From Daphnia carinata (lineage: Eukaryota), in the NCBI RefSeq assembly GCF_022539665.2, contig NC_081333.1:1860001-1924000 (forward strand): a DNA stretch of 64,000 nucleotides, written 5' to 3'. Below are positions 38,430 to 62,739 of the stretch, piece by piece; position 1 is the stretch's first letter, and each line of letters opens with the position of its first letter. The notes under the pieces are model-generated. The model worked only from the letters and a program-made list of their open reading frames with translations, was not told where the DNA came from and did not search any database. The position numbers and the translations under genes were made by a program.

Positions 38430-38830
38430 TTAAAAATATTTCGACAGCCAATGATTTCACGGGGAAAAGAATCAGTTTTTTGGAATCAGCATTCAATTTT
38501 TAGTATAACGTGTGATTTTGAGCGAATTCAAAGAGATTTGGTTTTTTGCCGATTTTGACAAAAGTGAGAAGGCTATAGCCTTCCCACTTTTTCATTTTTG
38601 GCTAAATTTTAAATTTTGCTTAAAATACATGATTTCGATTCAGAATTGAATGCTTATCACGGAAATCACATTTATTTTTCAATAGCCCTTATGGTTTTTA
38701 ATTAAACATAACAAAAACGAAAAAATAAGAAAAGTCGGGCTTATTTAGTCGGACTTATTTAGTCGGGCTTAAAAAAAAATTTAACGGCAATCACGAAAAT
38801 CAACTTCATTTTTACGTGAGGCTTTAACTT
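38430..38830. repeat. Dispersed copy of the 12.9-15.2 kb repeat family
   Basis: AAAGTGAGAAGGCTATAGCCTTCCCACTTT palindrome (38561-38590), GGAATCAGCATTCAATT word, and inverted copies of the 13-bp motif (38733-38770). Confidence 0.7.
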
Positions 38831-39139
38831 TTTGAGTTATTCGAACTCAAAGTTGTTGCGCTTAAACCATTCTGATTCCGTATTGTTGAAAGGTCTGCAT
38901 AACTAGACATGAAAACCTGGGGGGTTATAAAATCACCAAATTCAATGGCAAATCAGATGAATTTAAAAGTGGGACGTATGGCCTTCAATAGAATTCGTTT
39001 ATCTTAATTAAATCAGTTACGTTTTATTGAGATCGAATTTTAAAAAATATTTCAATTCTGGGCAAGTCAAAAACTTTTTAGTTTTACAAAATATCACGTA
39101 CATTTGGGAAGGTATAGCTTGATCCCGTTATCAAATGAT

Positions 39140-40025
39140 TTATAAGGGAACGCAGCCGCAAGATACATATTTAAGGTTTACTCTTCTTTTCGATTTGCGC
39201 CGCACTGCACGCACCGCCTCACAGGAAACCTCTCGCAAGTTATCGCCCGTCTTGGCCGAGCACTCGATGAAACCATTGACCTGTTTGCTCATTTCTTTAC
39301 CTTCTGCACTAGAAACCTTTAAACAAACAAAGCTAACTTATAAATAATAAAATATAGACAGCTTTGAACATAATCCTTACGTAATCTGTACTGGTTGATC
39401 CATCTTTACGCATATCTATTTTCGTGCCTAGAAAAACTGTTTGATAACAGCGAAGCAGTAATATCAGCCCTTTCGAATTAACGTACCAACAAGGACGATC
39501 GGCGTCTGAGGGCAGTGTAGTTTTAATTCGGGAATCCATTTGGATGGCAGACTTTCAAAAGAGGTACGCTGGCTAACGGCATAGCAAAGTAGGAACACGT
39601 CCGTCTTTTTAAAAACATATCAAATTTTATACATTTAACTATGTAAACGTTAAATTGCTTGTAATACGCTTGGGTAGGAGAGAATGCGCAGTCCATCGTA
39701 CTCTGTTTGGCCGGTGGTATAGGATAGCGAAACGTGATAATAAATGCCATCCACTTCCATTGTTCTCGAAGAGTTATCGAATCTGAAGAGAATAACGTGC
39801 TCATTGAAAAAACTTTGAGATTTATTACCACATTTTAAATAATTAAATTATACCGCGCTGATGTTTTGAAAATAAAGAAGAAAACTACGTTGTCTAAACT
39901 CACACAGTTGGAACGTAGTCCAGCGGATATTCTTTGCAATTCTCCTTAAAGTTGTTGAAAATGCAGTTTTTACCGGAATTGCCATCTCCCACAATAACGA
40001 CACTTATCAGACGATTATGATTCAT
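39140..40025 (-). CDS. Rho-family small GTPase, RhoL-like, degenerate G1/G3 motifs, 5 exons, 192 aa
   Basis: Exons 40025-39904, 39782-39668, 39604-39487, 39427-39381, 39316-39140, all GT-AG, total 579 nt in frame. Motifs VIVGDGNSGKN, YVPTVFDN, YTTGQTEYDGLRILSYP, KWIPEL, VLVGTKIDMR, ECSAK, polybasic tail, CVPL*. Confidence 0.88.
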
Positions 40026-41465
40026 TTCTATCGTTGCAAAATCATTCAACGAGGACCAGCTCTAATGAAAACATAATTGCTACTCCGCGATTTTGCCTGT
40101 ACGTGACACAGGACGGACACACCCAACGTGAAAAGCTGGCAGATCCCCCCCACGCCAATTTGGGTTGTTTGCCAATTTCACGTAGTCTATAACTAACAAG
40201 AAAATCCTATGTCTAAAGAACCTAAAGTTATTGTATGGATCTTGCAGAGTAACACAGTTTAGAAACAAAGTCCCACACTAGAGCAATGCTTTTGAGCCAC
40301 TGCATTATGGAATCAGTTCAACGAAGCGTTGGGATACAGTGACAAGCATAAAGCAATAAATTTAATCTGCTGCGATACGGTTTCGCCTCCACGCTGTTGA
40401 TACGGAGAAATACAAGCAAACTGACGCACTATAGATTAGTTTCAACATGGAAGGGCTGAAATTCCCTCGGAAATGAATCGACTGTGCCAAGCCAATTCAA
40501 AAAATAAATAAAACAAGAACTCTCTTGAATCACACAGTTAAACAAACTCATGGAACTTAACAAGAGTATACCGTTGCTATAAACTTATTCACCAAGAGTT
40601 CATCATTCACGCCCATTTCACGGTATTCAATTAATACAAAATATACGTTGCCAAGTAAAAACTTACCGTGTAATCCATCACTTGCGTTCGTCAAAGGAAA
40701 ATAAAAAGCACTTTTCGCGAAGTCATCTTGCTTTGCTGAGCGTTAAAGCTCTGCTACGCACTAAGGCAATCTCACTGAGCAATTGCGTCCACAATAAATC
40801 CGCAGTATTAATTATTCACTATACCAATTGCCTGTCTGATCTAAGAATCGATCAATAGCTATTGATTCATGCGTTGCACACGGCAACAGCTTGTTGTTTG
40901 AATGACACAGGAAGTTTTAAAAAATATATATAAAAACGACTTGAATTGAAACGGCAGTCTGCCAGTCGGGTCATCGTCCGTTCGTGATCGGGTGTAAAGG
41001 TCCCGTGCTCGTTGTTTGTGTTGACATCAGCATCTTAACGGTTGTAAGATCTCCTAGTCCATTCTCGGACAACTTCCTGCTACGTTGATAGGACGGTTCT
41101 TTTTTTTTTTTTTAAGATGTCGTTAATAACAACGACATGTTGGTAGCATACAGAGCTCATATTGCTTTAGTCTGACGCTGTTGCTTGTGCGTTAGGGTGC
41201 TTGAAAAAAACGTGTGACAGCGGCACCAGTAGAAACTTGGAATACAGATGTCATGACGTCATCGTAAACAGTGGGGCGAGTCGCATGCAGTGTGCAACAC
41301 TCGATTGGTCCTGATAAACGAAAACTTATCGAAATATTCAAAGATTACACCTAATTCCTTATCTAAGTACTGTGACCGTTTGTTATAGATCATGCCGTTC
41401 ATGTCTTATTAGTTCGTTACATCAGACGTGGAAAGTCTGGCTCTTTTAGGGCGGTTGATTTCAAA

Positions 41466-47479
<6,014 letters not shown>

Positions 47480-47941
47480 GCGAATGAATTATTATTAGTT
47501 TTCCATGTACACACTCGCTATTAAACAAATTGCATTTGACTAATACCAATCGTACTGGCTGGCACAAGATAAAATGAGCTGAAAACCCTATATTGCATTG
47601 AATTTGAACACAGTGTAAACATTTATTCAAACGATTGAACAAATCGCATTCGTACTTCACTGGATTTTGTGTTTCCGACAGCTACTGAGAAAGACTTTAC
47701 GGAGCAAAATGATCTTATTCATTACCAACCCTCGATTGGCTGTCGTCAGAAAATGAAGTGATTCGTTGAACCTTACTATTTTAAGCAAATTGCAGACGTT
47801 GCTCCGTCGTATGTGCGGACGTATAGTCGATGAAGAACACAGCTTCCTCTGGCATTTGTCTGCGAAAACAAATGGAAGAGTGTTATCTAAAGCGTGTTAT
47901 CTTTTGTTTCGAAATTTTGCCTTAGATTTACGTATTTTGTG

Positions 47942-53831
<5,890 letters not shown>

Positions 53832-54360
53832 AATGTTAGTAAATTCTTTTCAATAAATCTTTTTAAATGATTAATGGCAACCTATCAATCGAAATACAGT
53901 TACAGGTAAAACATGAATCGCAAACACGTATGTCTTAATAGCTGATTAGCGTGAGGTATTTGCATTGGTTTTCGTCATTCACGGACACCAACAAAAGAGA
54001 AAGTTTTCGTGTTTTCTCTTTCGTGAACGGTCGAAAGAACGGTCTTGGATGAACTCAGGAGATGGCGTTTGCATTAAAAGAGGGCAAATGTTACTGCTAG
54101 TATCATTTAGTTATGGTGCAACAACAGGTGGACTGCGACTGCCAATTTGTCACAGAGCCAATCAACACTGGAACAGTATTTGTGGTGGACGTTGTGCCCC
54201 GTTTCCTCCCGTTCCCTGTCAGGTCGAAGAATAGAAAGCGATTTGCACATTATGCTAATCATGACGTGTTAGCGAATTCCTCGGTTTTTTAAATAACCGG
54301 ATTACAATTGAAACTCGTTTCATTTTTATGATAATTATTTGGGTGTCATTCTCTTTTCAG

Positions 54361-54775
54361 TACAGCTTATAAAGGTTACACGGGTGGAGTACTGGCCATC
54401 CGAAGGTTCCAAATTGAAGACATCAACGGCTTCAGTAATGAATTTTGGGGATGGGGCGGAGAGGATGACGATTTGTATAACCGATAAATTCATAAAAATT
54501 ACCAAGTAGTCCGTGATTTATCCCGCAGTAGCTATTTCTACAGCCTCGACCATCTACAAGAGCCTCCCAATGAAATTCAGTGAGTTAACAAAGAAAAGGG
54601 CGAAAAATGCAAAATCATGTCATTGAGTTATCTTGCCGACATGTTGCGTCACAAAGAAGAGATCCTTAGAAAGCGCAAGAGCGATTTGCATGGTGAAGGA
54701 CTGGACAGTCTCGACTATGACTTGCTAAAAAATGAACGGCGACGGCTCTTGACGATTTTTACCGTTTCTACGTGA
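54361..54775 (+). pseudogene. GT7 family (beta-1,4-galactosyl/GalNAc transferase) pseudogene fragment, last two exons
   Basis: YTGGVLAIRRFQIEDINGFSNEFWGWGGEDDDLYNR then in-frame TAA (54485-54487). Second block EILRKRKSDLHGEGLDSLDYDLLKNERRRLLTIFTVST*. Splice phases do not match; no clear 5' exons. Confidence 0.82.
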
Positions 54776-57622
54776 CCGACTCGCATCACGCTGCCGTCGG
54801 CTCCTCGTAAACAAAGGAGACCTTGAGCTAGACGGGAGAAACCTCGTGAGATCGGCTTCGTTTTCTTATTTTGTGCTCCCGTTTTACAGTTGTGATTGCA
54901 GCAGATGACATTAAATAACAAATAATCGGTGCTTTATTGGCGGCTAGCCAGTACTGTTCGTTCATTTACGGTTTTCGACTCGCTTGATGAAAGTGGCGTA
55001 GAGAGTCACGCGGGACTGACCTAGTTAACATGAGATCTGTGCACTCAAGTGATAATAGTGGAAGGGAACTCTAAAACGAAATGGTCAAGTGATTTTCTTT
55101 GGCTTCAAATGTTTTTGTTTCTTCATATTGGGTTTTAACTTGTTAACATGAAGACTGTGTGTGTTTCATTGCAACATTGTTTTCACAAGGTAACCTTGAC
55201 TATATTAGCGTTTTTTTCACGAAGAACTGCCTTTTTTTATTTTTTTATTTTTTATTTGTGCACAAAAACGAAAATTCCATTTGAGGCGTGACATCTGTGC
55301 CAACTGTTTACTCCCGTCCGATATGGCGCACGTCGCTATGCAAATATGCGGAGTCAGAGTTCATTAACAAACCAAAAAGCCGGCGGAATAAGAAACACTA
55401 GTTCGAAATCGATAGCTGATGTAGATTCAAGGATACGTATACAATCGATCGTTGTTTTGCTTTTTAAAATAATAATGTATTTTAGCGATGTCTCTCGAAC
55501 TTTTACCCAGACGATAAAAGCATTGCTCCAAGGAGGTGGAATGATTTAATGAACGACGCATAATGCAATAATGTTTCATTCAATTAAAGAATTATTTCTT
55601 GCAAATGTTTGTTGCGATCAAACAAAGGTAATTAGAAAGGCCAGCAAAAAACGTTCTGCACCAATAGAATGATAACAAAAAGCGATAGATTTACGTGTAC
55701 GTATATGGACTTTGCCAACGTCTATGTACATAGATTAAACTAGACTATCTAGCTCTTTAGTACAATTCAATGCCAATGAGCGTGCAGGGCGGAATGACAG
55801 TGTCAAGAAAAAGGGAAAGAAAATCAAAACCCGTCAGGCTAATTGGGGAGAAAACCTGCTCACCTCTAGTGAAATCCCCATCTCTAGCTGCAGCGAGCCA
55901 ACGGCTGCCAACAGCAACAGGTTGAATACGGATTTCATGAATATTTGGTCAAGGTCGTGATAGTCGTTAAACATATACTCTCGTCTTTCACTCTCCCTTT
56001 TTAAAATTATTTGTTTTTATTTTCGTTTCTCTTCAGCGGAGATTGAGGATATGAGTCTATTCATTATTGCTCCTCAGTCCTGGCTTGTACGTCCCCGGCA
56101 ATCTCCGATGTCATCGGACATCAAATCAAAGATAGTGCATGGTTGGACATGAGCTGTCGATGTCAATGGTCCCGTCGGAATTTATATCCGCACGAGTGGT
56201 GACAATAACTTAAAGGTCCGTCCTTGACAATAATAAAACAAACAAAAAATAAAGAAAAAATGCCACCGTCATCCATTCGAAGTTTTTAAAACATAAAAGA
56301 AATTTTTTCCACTTTCACTGGATTTTAATTTAATCTGAGAAACAACAGCCGTTCGTATAAAGCGTGTAAAATGAAGACAAATGAAGTGAAAAAGAAATCT
56401 AAAACGAAGATAAATGATAAAATATGTTTCACGTCTTCACAGCCGTGAGAAGGGTCGCTTTGAATTCACGTTCGTTTCTTTAAAATTTTTCAACATTTTA
56501 TTTTGTGCATAAAATAAAAAACGAAAATAATATCGAGGCACATTCACCCCATTTCCCTTCTATAACAATCCATCTATAACAATCCCATTCCCAAGTATAA
56601 CGAAACTGAACTCTTATTGTTGTTATAGCCAATTGCATGACTAGGACGAAAACGAAATAAACAAAGAGTTGGCAAGCAAAATAATCAAACAAGTACAAGA
56701 AAGTAAAAGGAAAACAGCCAATCTACGCAGAATAGTACTCTCGATTTTGCATATCAATTTCGATTGTTTCTGCTCTTTTATAGTTATGGATTTGAGTCAG
56801 CATGTCGAACAATACACAGTTCACTGCGCTTGATTCAAACCGAGATTAGAAAACTTACGCTAAATTTTTTGCACGAAAGCGACAAATTCGAAAAACTGAA
56901 CCACTACTGTAAATAGTCAGCTACATGATTGTACATACCTTTTTTTTTTATTATTACTATTTGAAGTGGTAAAATTAGAAAGTTGGTTGGTGATAAGGTC
57001 CACGCTCACTAACAGCTTGGCGAGTGCAGTGAGAGCGTTAGCCAACGCGAGTCCAGATTGTCAACGCAGCATAATAGGCCAAAATTTGCACTCTCTTTTT
57101 TTTGACCTTAACAAAATCAGTTTTCTTGTTTTCTTTTGTTGATATTGTGTACACGTGGACATGAAGGGAACATCCCACATTTTCTTAAATCTTTTAAATT
57201 GTGTGTAAATAAGCATTTTCTTTTTAAAGAACCCTACCGGACGAAGTGGTACGACCTTGAAGAGTTGGAAGAAAGCGCCTTTTTTTCACCTTTTTCTCCT
57301 CTCCCTTTTACCTGATAATCGTACTCGCCGCCCAATAGACGACAGGTGGTGTTGCTGAAGAATTGAGAAGCCAGCACGCGAGGGGGGAGGAGATTAAAGC
57401 CAATCCAGATGGAAGTAGGAGGGGAGGAGTGGTTGGTCATTAAAAACAGTTGAATGGGCCGTCTAGTCGTCACACATCTCTCGTACTCTCGTGCGCCAAC
57501 ACCACTCGAATTCTACGGGAGATCTCCAAGCTTTTTTTCAAAGTGTTCATTATTTCAAAACAAAGTAAAAGTTATTCGTTTATTTTGGACAATCGTATAG
57601 AACAATCTGAATATCCAGCACA

Positions 57623-58877
57623 ATGACTCCACAAAGATCCATCGCTGCTCTAGTCATCGTCCTTCTCTCCGTCGGCTGCGTCCTGTCTCAACATCCACGC
57701 GTTCCAATCACACCTTGCAATGGTAAAAGTTAACTCGTTTTAAAACATTTCTTTTTACGTCGTGGTAGAATGGCTCTTGCCGTTACAGGTTTCCCAGAAG
57801 TAGTTTCTCGTCCAGTTGAAAAACGCATATCGGCTTGAGGGCGTTTCTTGCACTGTGCAATTCTGTTTTCAATTTGGGAAGCTGGTATACGACTGTTACC
57901 TGGAAATGTTCGGAAAGCTGCCGTTAGTCCTACGCGTTTTAATGTACTATTCTCCTCAGGGATTATCTTGTGTTTGATATAGGATCATGTGAATGGCCTA
58001 TTGCCCTTATTTCGTTCATTTGCGTCTCCCTGAAGGCGAAAATAGTGAAAATGGAGAAACGTTAGTTGCCAACTCGTAGAACAGATTTTAAACCTGTCTA
58101 GGAAATGTGGAAGGCACGAGTGGAAATCGGTAGTTGGCAGACTGTCACTATGTCCTTGCCTCGATATCCTCTTGAACAATTTCACGAAAAAAAAAGTAAG
58201 AGTGAACGCACGAGCGCTACAATATGCCGTCTCATTTGGCGGATTTCCATTTGTTTGCGTAACAGTTGTCAGCAACTGAATGTAATTTTTTTATTATAAT
58301 TTCCTTAACTCATTAAATTCTGTTCTACACCAGGTAATCCCATGACTGGCAAAGTGTTGGAAGTGCGTGTTTCCAACTGCAACAACAACTTCCCTTGCAT
58401 CTTGAAACGAGGATCTCAAGCCACCATCGAATTTGATTATATTCCTGGTAAAAATTGAGTGCGCACTATGTACCATAAACGCAAATTTCTCATTTTTGTT
58501 AACAACGCAATAGCTCAAGACACGAACCGGGTAACTACGGGAGCTACAGCTCGTCTTGGAGCCGTTCCTCTTCCGTTTGTTGGTACAAACAATCAGCCAG
58601 CGTGTTCGAGGATTACGTCAAAACAGTCCCGTCAGAGTACCGGATGCAACTTAAGGGCCGGAGAAGTCTATACCTACTCGAACACATTCCCCATTCTGCA
58701 AATTTACCCTGTGGTACGTTCGAATATTCACAATTGTTTGTATTGGCATTTTATTTTAATCCTATCTCATGTTTTTTAAAATGCAATTTAAAGACCAACG
58801 TGCTGGTTCAGTGGGAGTTGAACGATGGCAACCGACAGAAAATCACGTGCTTTACAATTCCTGCCAGGATCGTCTAA
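57623..58877 (+). CDS. NPC2 / MD-2-related lipid-recognition (ML domain) protein, 4 exons
   Basis: Signal peptide; ...ITPCN|G..VLEVRVSNCNNNFPCILKRGSQATIEFDY...CNLRAGEVYTYSNTFPILQIYPV|TNVLVQWELNDGNRQKITCFTIPARIV*; six Cys. Confidence 0.92.
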
Positions 58878-60601
58878 GTCCGAAGACGTCAGAACGACAA
58901 AATGCTTTTGACAATCTCAATTTCTATTTTTTTTTTGTGTCACTCTTAAAATTTCAATTATTCTTCGACAGTGAGTTTTCTCAAGTAGATTACCTCTGCA
59001 AGCCAAGAGCTCTTTTATATTTTGATAAACGTTTTTTTAAACTATGTACAGAGTAGCCTACTACAATACAATCTCTATATTTTACGGAAATATAAAACAC
59101 ATTTCTTTCTGTTTTTTTTTTTTAATCAATAATTACTACCGTTGGCCGTTTGAAATACGCCAATTGATTCGCCTCTTTTAAGCAAAATTATTGAGGTTGC
59201 ATATTCAAGCAGTTACCGACATTAGCTTTCGTGATTTCTCCATCATGGCCTTCGAAAAATGATTGAGAAAAGAAAAGGGAAGTCGCGTTTACTCTCCTCC
59301 GGGTTAAGGGAAATGGGCGAATCATAAGAGTTATAAGCCAGAGGGCTCAGCAGAAAATAAAGGCCAAATGTAGCTCAGCAGACAATGTCTAGCGTGAATG
59401 AGGTATGCAAATCTCATGCCAAAAATAAAGGAAATGAAAAGCAAAAGATGTAATGATTTCTTGAACGCTATAAATGTTTATATTTAAAAAATACCAATAA
59501 TGCTTTTTAATGTCGGAGAACCACAATATGACCTTATGCACAGAAAGTCTGGTAACAAAAACATGTACCGTACATTTTTTTTTTCCATGTAAATGAAACT
59601 GCTTATAGTTCAACAACTTCATCGCTCCAGATAGCCACAGTAGCATGTAAACTAATTCTTCTCCAGCATTAAAGGAATTGTTATGTCCAATTACAATTTG
59701 TACTACACATAAACGATGTTTCGTCTTTGTACTGCCACTGATGTGGCTATTGCAACGAATCAAATATGTATGGAACAATGTTATAGTTACACGTTTCCAA
59801 AAGCAGGTAAAATCACGGGGTTCTCCCGAAAACGCGTTTCGCCTTATTATACAGCCGCATCTATGGCTTGGACAATTGATCGTAATAACGGTTGAGCATT
59901 GGGGCTTGCTGTTGAAACTATTCGAAAAATTTAAAGCTGAAATTGGAAAATAAAAAAGTAATCCTGATTTAAATAAATAACAAGAATAATAATTTAAAAA
60001 AAAACAGCAAGGGAAATCCCGGTCACTTGCTTCAGTTTTTATGTTAAGGGAGTTTTCATTTTCTCGGCATTTAGTTCTGATTTCTACCAAAAGCCTTCCG
60101 TTAAACTGAGGTAAAGGGACACATTTTTGGACAGAAAACGGAAACTGGTGGCTTGTGATTAAATGGCTGGCTACTTGTTTGTCCAGTTTTTACTTTTTCT
60201 TACTCTTTTATTTCGATTAGCAAATTTATTTTCATTTTTATTATCACTGCTAGATGGCAACCAAAGAACTTATTTTTAATGCAAAAAGCGAACACATCTG
60301 GCGCGCCTAATGGGTTAGGTGATGTGTTTCATCCTTATGTGATATAAAGTTACAAATTGCGCGTGAAGCAAAATTAATATACAATCCATTAGTTATTTTT
60401 TCTGAGCTCCCTCTTGGGGAATCGGTTACTTCTTCAACCTAAATGGATGGTTACGTCTGTTCCGGTCAGGGCCAACGGCCAACTCTTGTTTAATATCAAT
60501 GATAACGCTCGGCACATCCATCTTGTTTCGATATGTTTTGTCGTCTGCTTGAACGTATGAAAATGTATACTTTTTCGGCAATGTTGGTAAATTAGTCTGA
60601 A

Positions 60602-61899
60602 ATGGGCAAAAGCGAAGTAAAACGTTGCGAAGTAAGACGTTGTTTGAAGAATAGAATTGCCGAAAGCGTCGTAGGTATATGGATCTGATGAATAACTGTA
60701 AAACCATGTTCTGATTATTTATATTAATGACAGACGTGACACTCGATGATTGTGCTAACAATCCTAGGAAAATCGGACTAACGAAAGCCAGAATTAACCT
60801 TAGAAATCTAGGTAAAATAAAAGAACTAAAGAAAGTCCCACTTAAGGTTTTACATCACCATTTTGATTATTTGCAACCTTGCAGGAAGACATTCATCAGC
60901 AGAACAAGATTATTGTTCTAACGACAATTCAGATCCTAATGAGGATACTTCAACAAGTGCACCTATGTCTCACCCATCTGGGACTAAGAAAACTAAGTTA
61001 AAAGATAAATCAACTGTTGGGGTAATTTACCCACCAGACATTTGGTTTCTCATTGCAAAATATATTCCCCCCGAAGATCTTTCCAGATTTTCACTTATAT
61101 GCAAAGATGCCTACCGAGTGATACTTTCAGTGCAATTCTGGAAACAGATTTGCAAAAGGTGTGTATATTACTATGATACAACATTGAAAGTATGTTCCGT
61201 AAGCGAATCTTCATGTTCCATGTAGATATCAGGGCGATGAGACGTCCCTTCCACGAGAGTTACGACATGTTTCCGACAGCCGACGTGGGCTGAGAGCTCG
61301 TGTAATTCGCCTATTATATTTTCGATGTCCGCCTTTGGTTCAACGTATTAAACCCCCTGTTGCTTCCCGATATGAGCCCTACACATTACAGGGAATGCGG
61401 CTGCTGCTAGCATGGCACGAGGTAAATTCATTAGTGCAATATAATCAATATGGCAGTGAATTGAGTTTTTCATATGCAGAAAGAAGGTTCAGTTTGGAAT
61501 TTTTATTTCAAATGGATTAATCGAAACACTGACGCACGGGATTACCGACAAAGCGAACTTTTCGAAAACACTGAGGCCGGCTGCCGGGTTCTTAAGGCTA
61601 CATGCAACGAGTTTGTGTGCTTTCCATATCCTCAATATAGCTACCTATCCTCAATCCATTTGGGGCTGACTTCCGATATGCGGAACCAAAAATTGTCACT
61701 CGGCTTCAATGATTACACAACGACACATTGTGTAGCAAAAATGAAACAGAACCTCGGACGAGGTGCTGTAGTTCAGAATAAAATTGACCTGGAACCCATT
61801 TCCCAATGCATACTGATGGATTGGTGGCATCCCGAGTACCCATATCCCCGTGATAATCTCCGGCCATCCATCATGCCTTGTCCCGACGAGGAATGGTAA
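60602..61899 (+). CDS. TMEM183: Transmembrane protein 183-like (F-box-like motif), 5 exons
   Basis: DVTLDDCAN; YPPDIWFLIAKYIPPEDLSRFSLICK; GLRARVIRLLY; WNFYFK; C-terminal LMDWWHPEYP. Confidence 0.85.
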
Positions 61900-62289
61900 A
61901 ATATTCGCTGTATCATGTACAAAATTAGCTCTTTTTTTGTAATTTCATGAGTAACACTCGTGTGATATTGTTGTCTCTTCCAAGGAATAAAACTGTTTTG
62001 ATTTACATCCCTAATATAATTTTTTGTATTGCGTGCATAGGATATAGCTTTCGTGCAATTGAATTACAAGCATCGTAAGATGTCTTAGTGTATGGCATTC
62101 AGAAACTCAGTATAACTTTTAGTACACTTTTCCCATTATTAACAGGATTGAAACCATAGAGCAACGTCATTGTTGAGCGGTTTCATAGTTTGCATGAAAT
62201 CGAAATTAGATATTAGTTAGTTCAAAAACCACTCAATTGTTAGTCTAAGTCTTTTTGCTGTCTTGAATATTCCAATGTGGCAAAATACT

Positions 62290-62384
62290 TACCAGGTGAG
62301 GGGTTCGAACCCTCGTCTCTATATCAGAGATCAGATATCTGTAAGATCTTAAGTCTGACGCCTTAACCACTCGGCCAACCTGGT
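62290..62384 (-). tRNA. tRNA-Leu(TAA) with 11-nt intron (62347-62337)
   Basis: Minus strand ACCAGGT-TGGCCGAGTGGTTAAGGCG-TCAGA-CT TAA G-[ATCTTACAGAT]-A-TCTGA-long variable arm-GAGGGTTCGAACCCCTC-ACCTGGT-A. Confidence 0.9.
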
Positions 62385-62739
62385 AGCAATTACGCTCGGG
62401 GCATGTGTATTCGACCCCCATAGTGCTTGTTCAATTATCTATGAATAACGTAAATGAAAGCAAATTGTTAATAAAAAAGAAAACAGTACCTTTAAGTGCT
62501 GAGCTTTTGGTTCAATATAAATTCAATAGCAACCAATAGTAAATGTATAGACTCATATTATGTAATCGGCAACGTTGTTTGGCCATTGATATTTATTTTT
62601 CGAATGTTAACTTACGGATAACTTCCTGCACGATAGCGCCTGATTCCACTCTTTGCCATTTTTTCAACTTAAATGGAAACGATTTTGGTAGTCTGTTAAA
62701 TCGGAAAAAAATAAAATATTAGGCCGTAAGATTTAAACT

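Noticed and set aside
39333..39831. ORF-track proteins 39333-39539 and 39523-39831 as separate genes
   Set aside because: They are mostly off-frame or intron-spanning readings of the RhoL-like gene.
56037..56215. Exon-like block bounded by CAG and GT
   Set aside because: Stops in all three frames and no homology recognised; a non-coding exon cannot be supported from sequence alone.
59389..60090. 233-aa ORF on the minus strand
   Set aside because: Non-ATG start, runs through AT-rich low-complexity sequence, and has no recognisable domain. The 59600-59950 part may be a decayed relic but I could not identify it.
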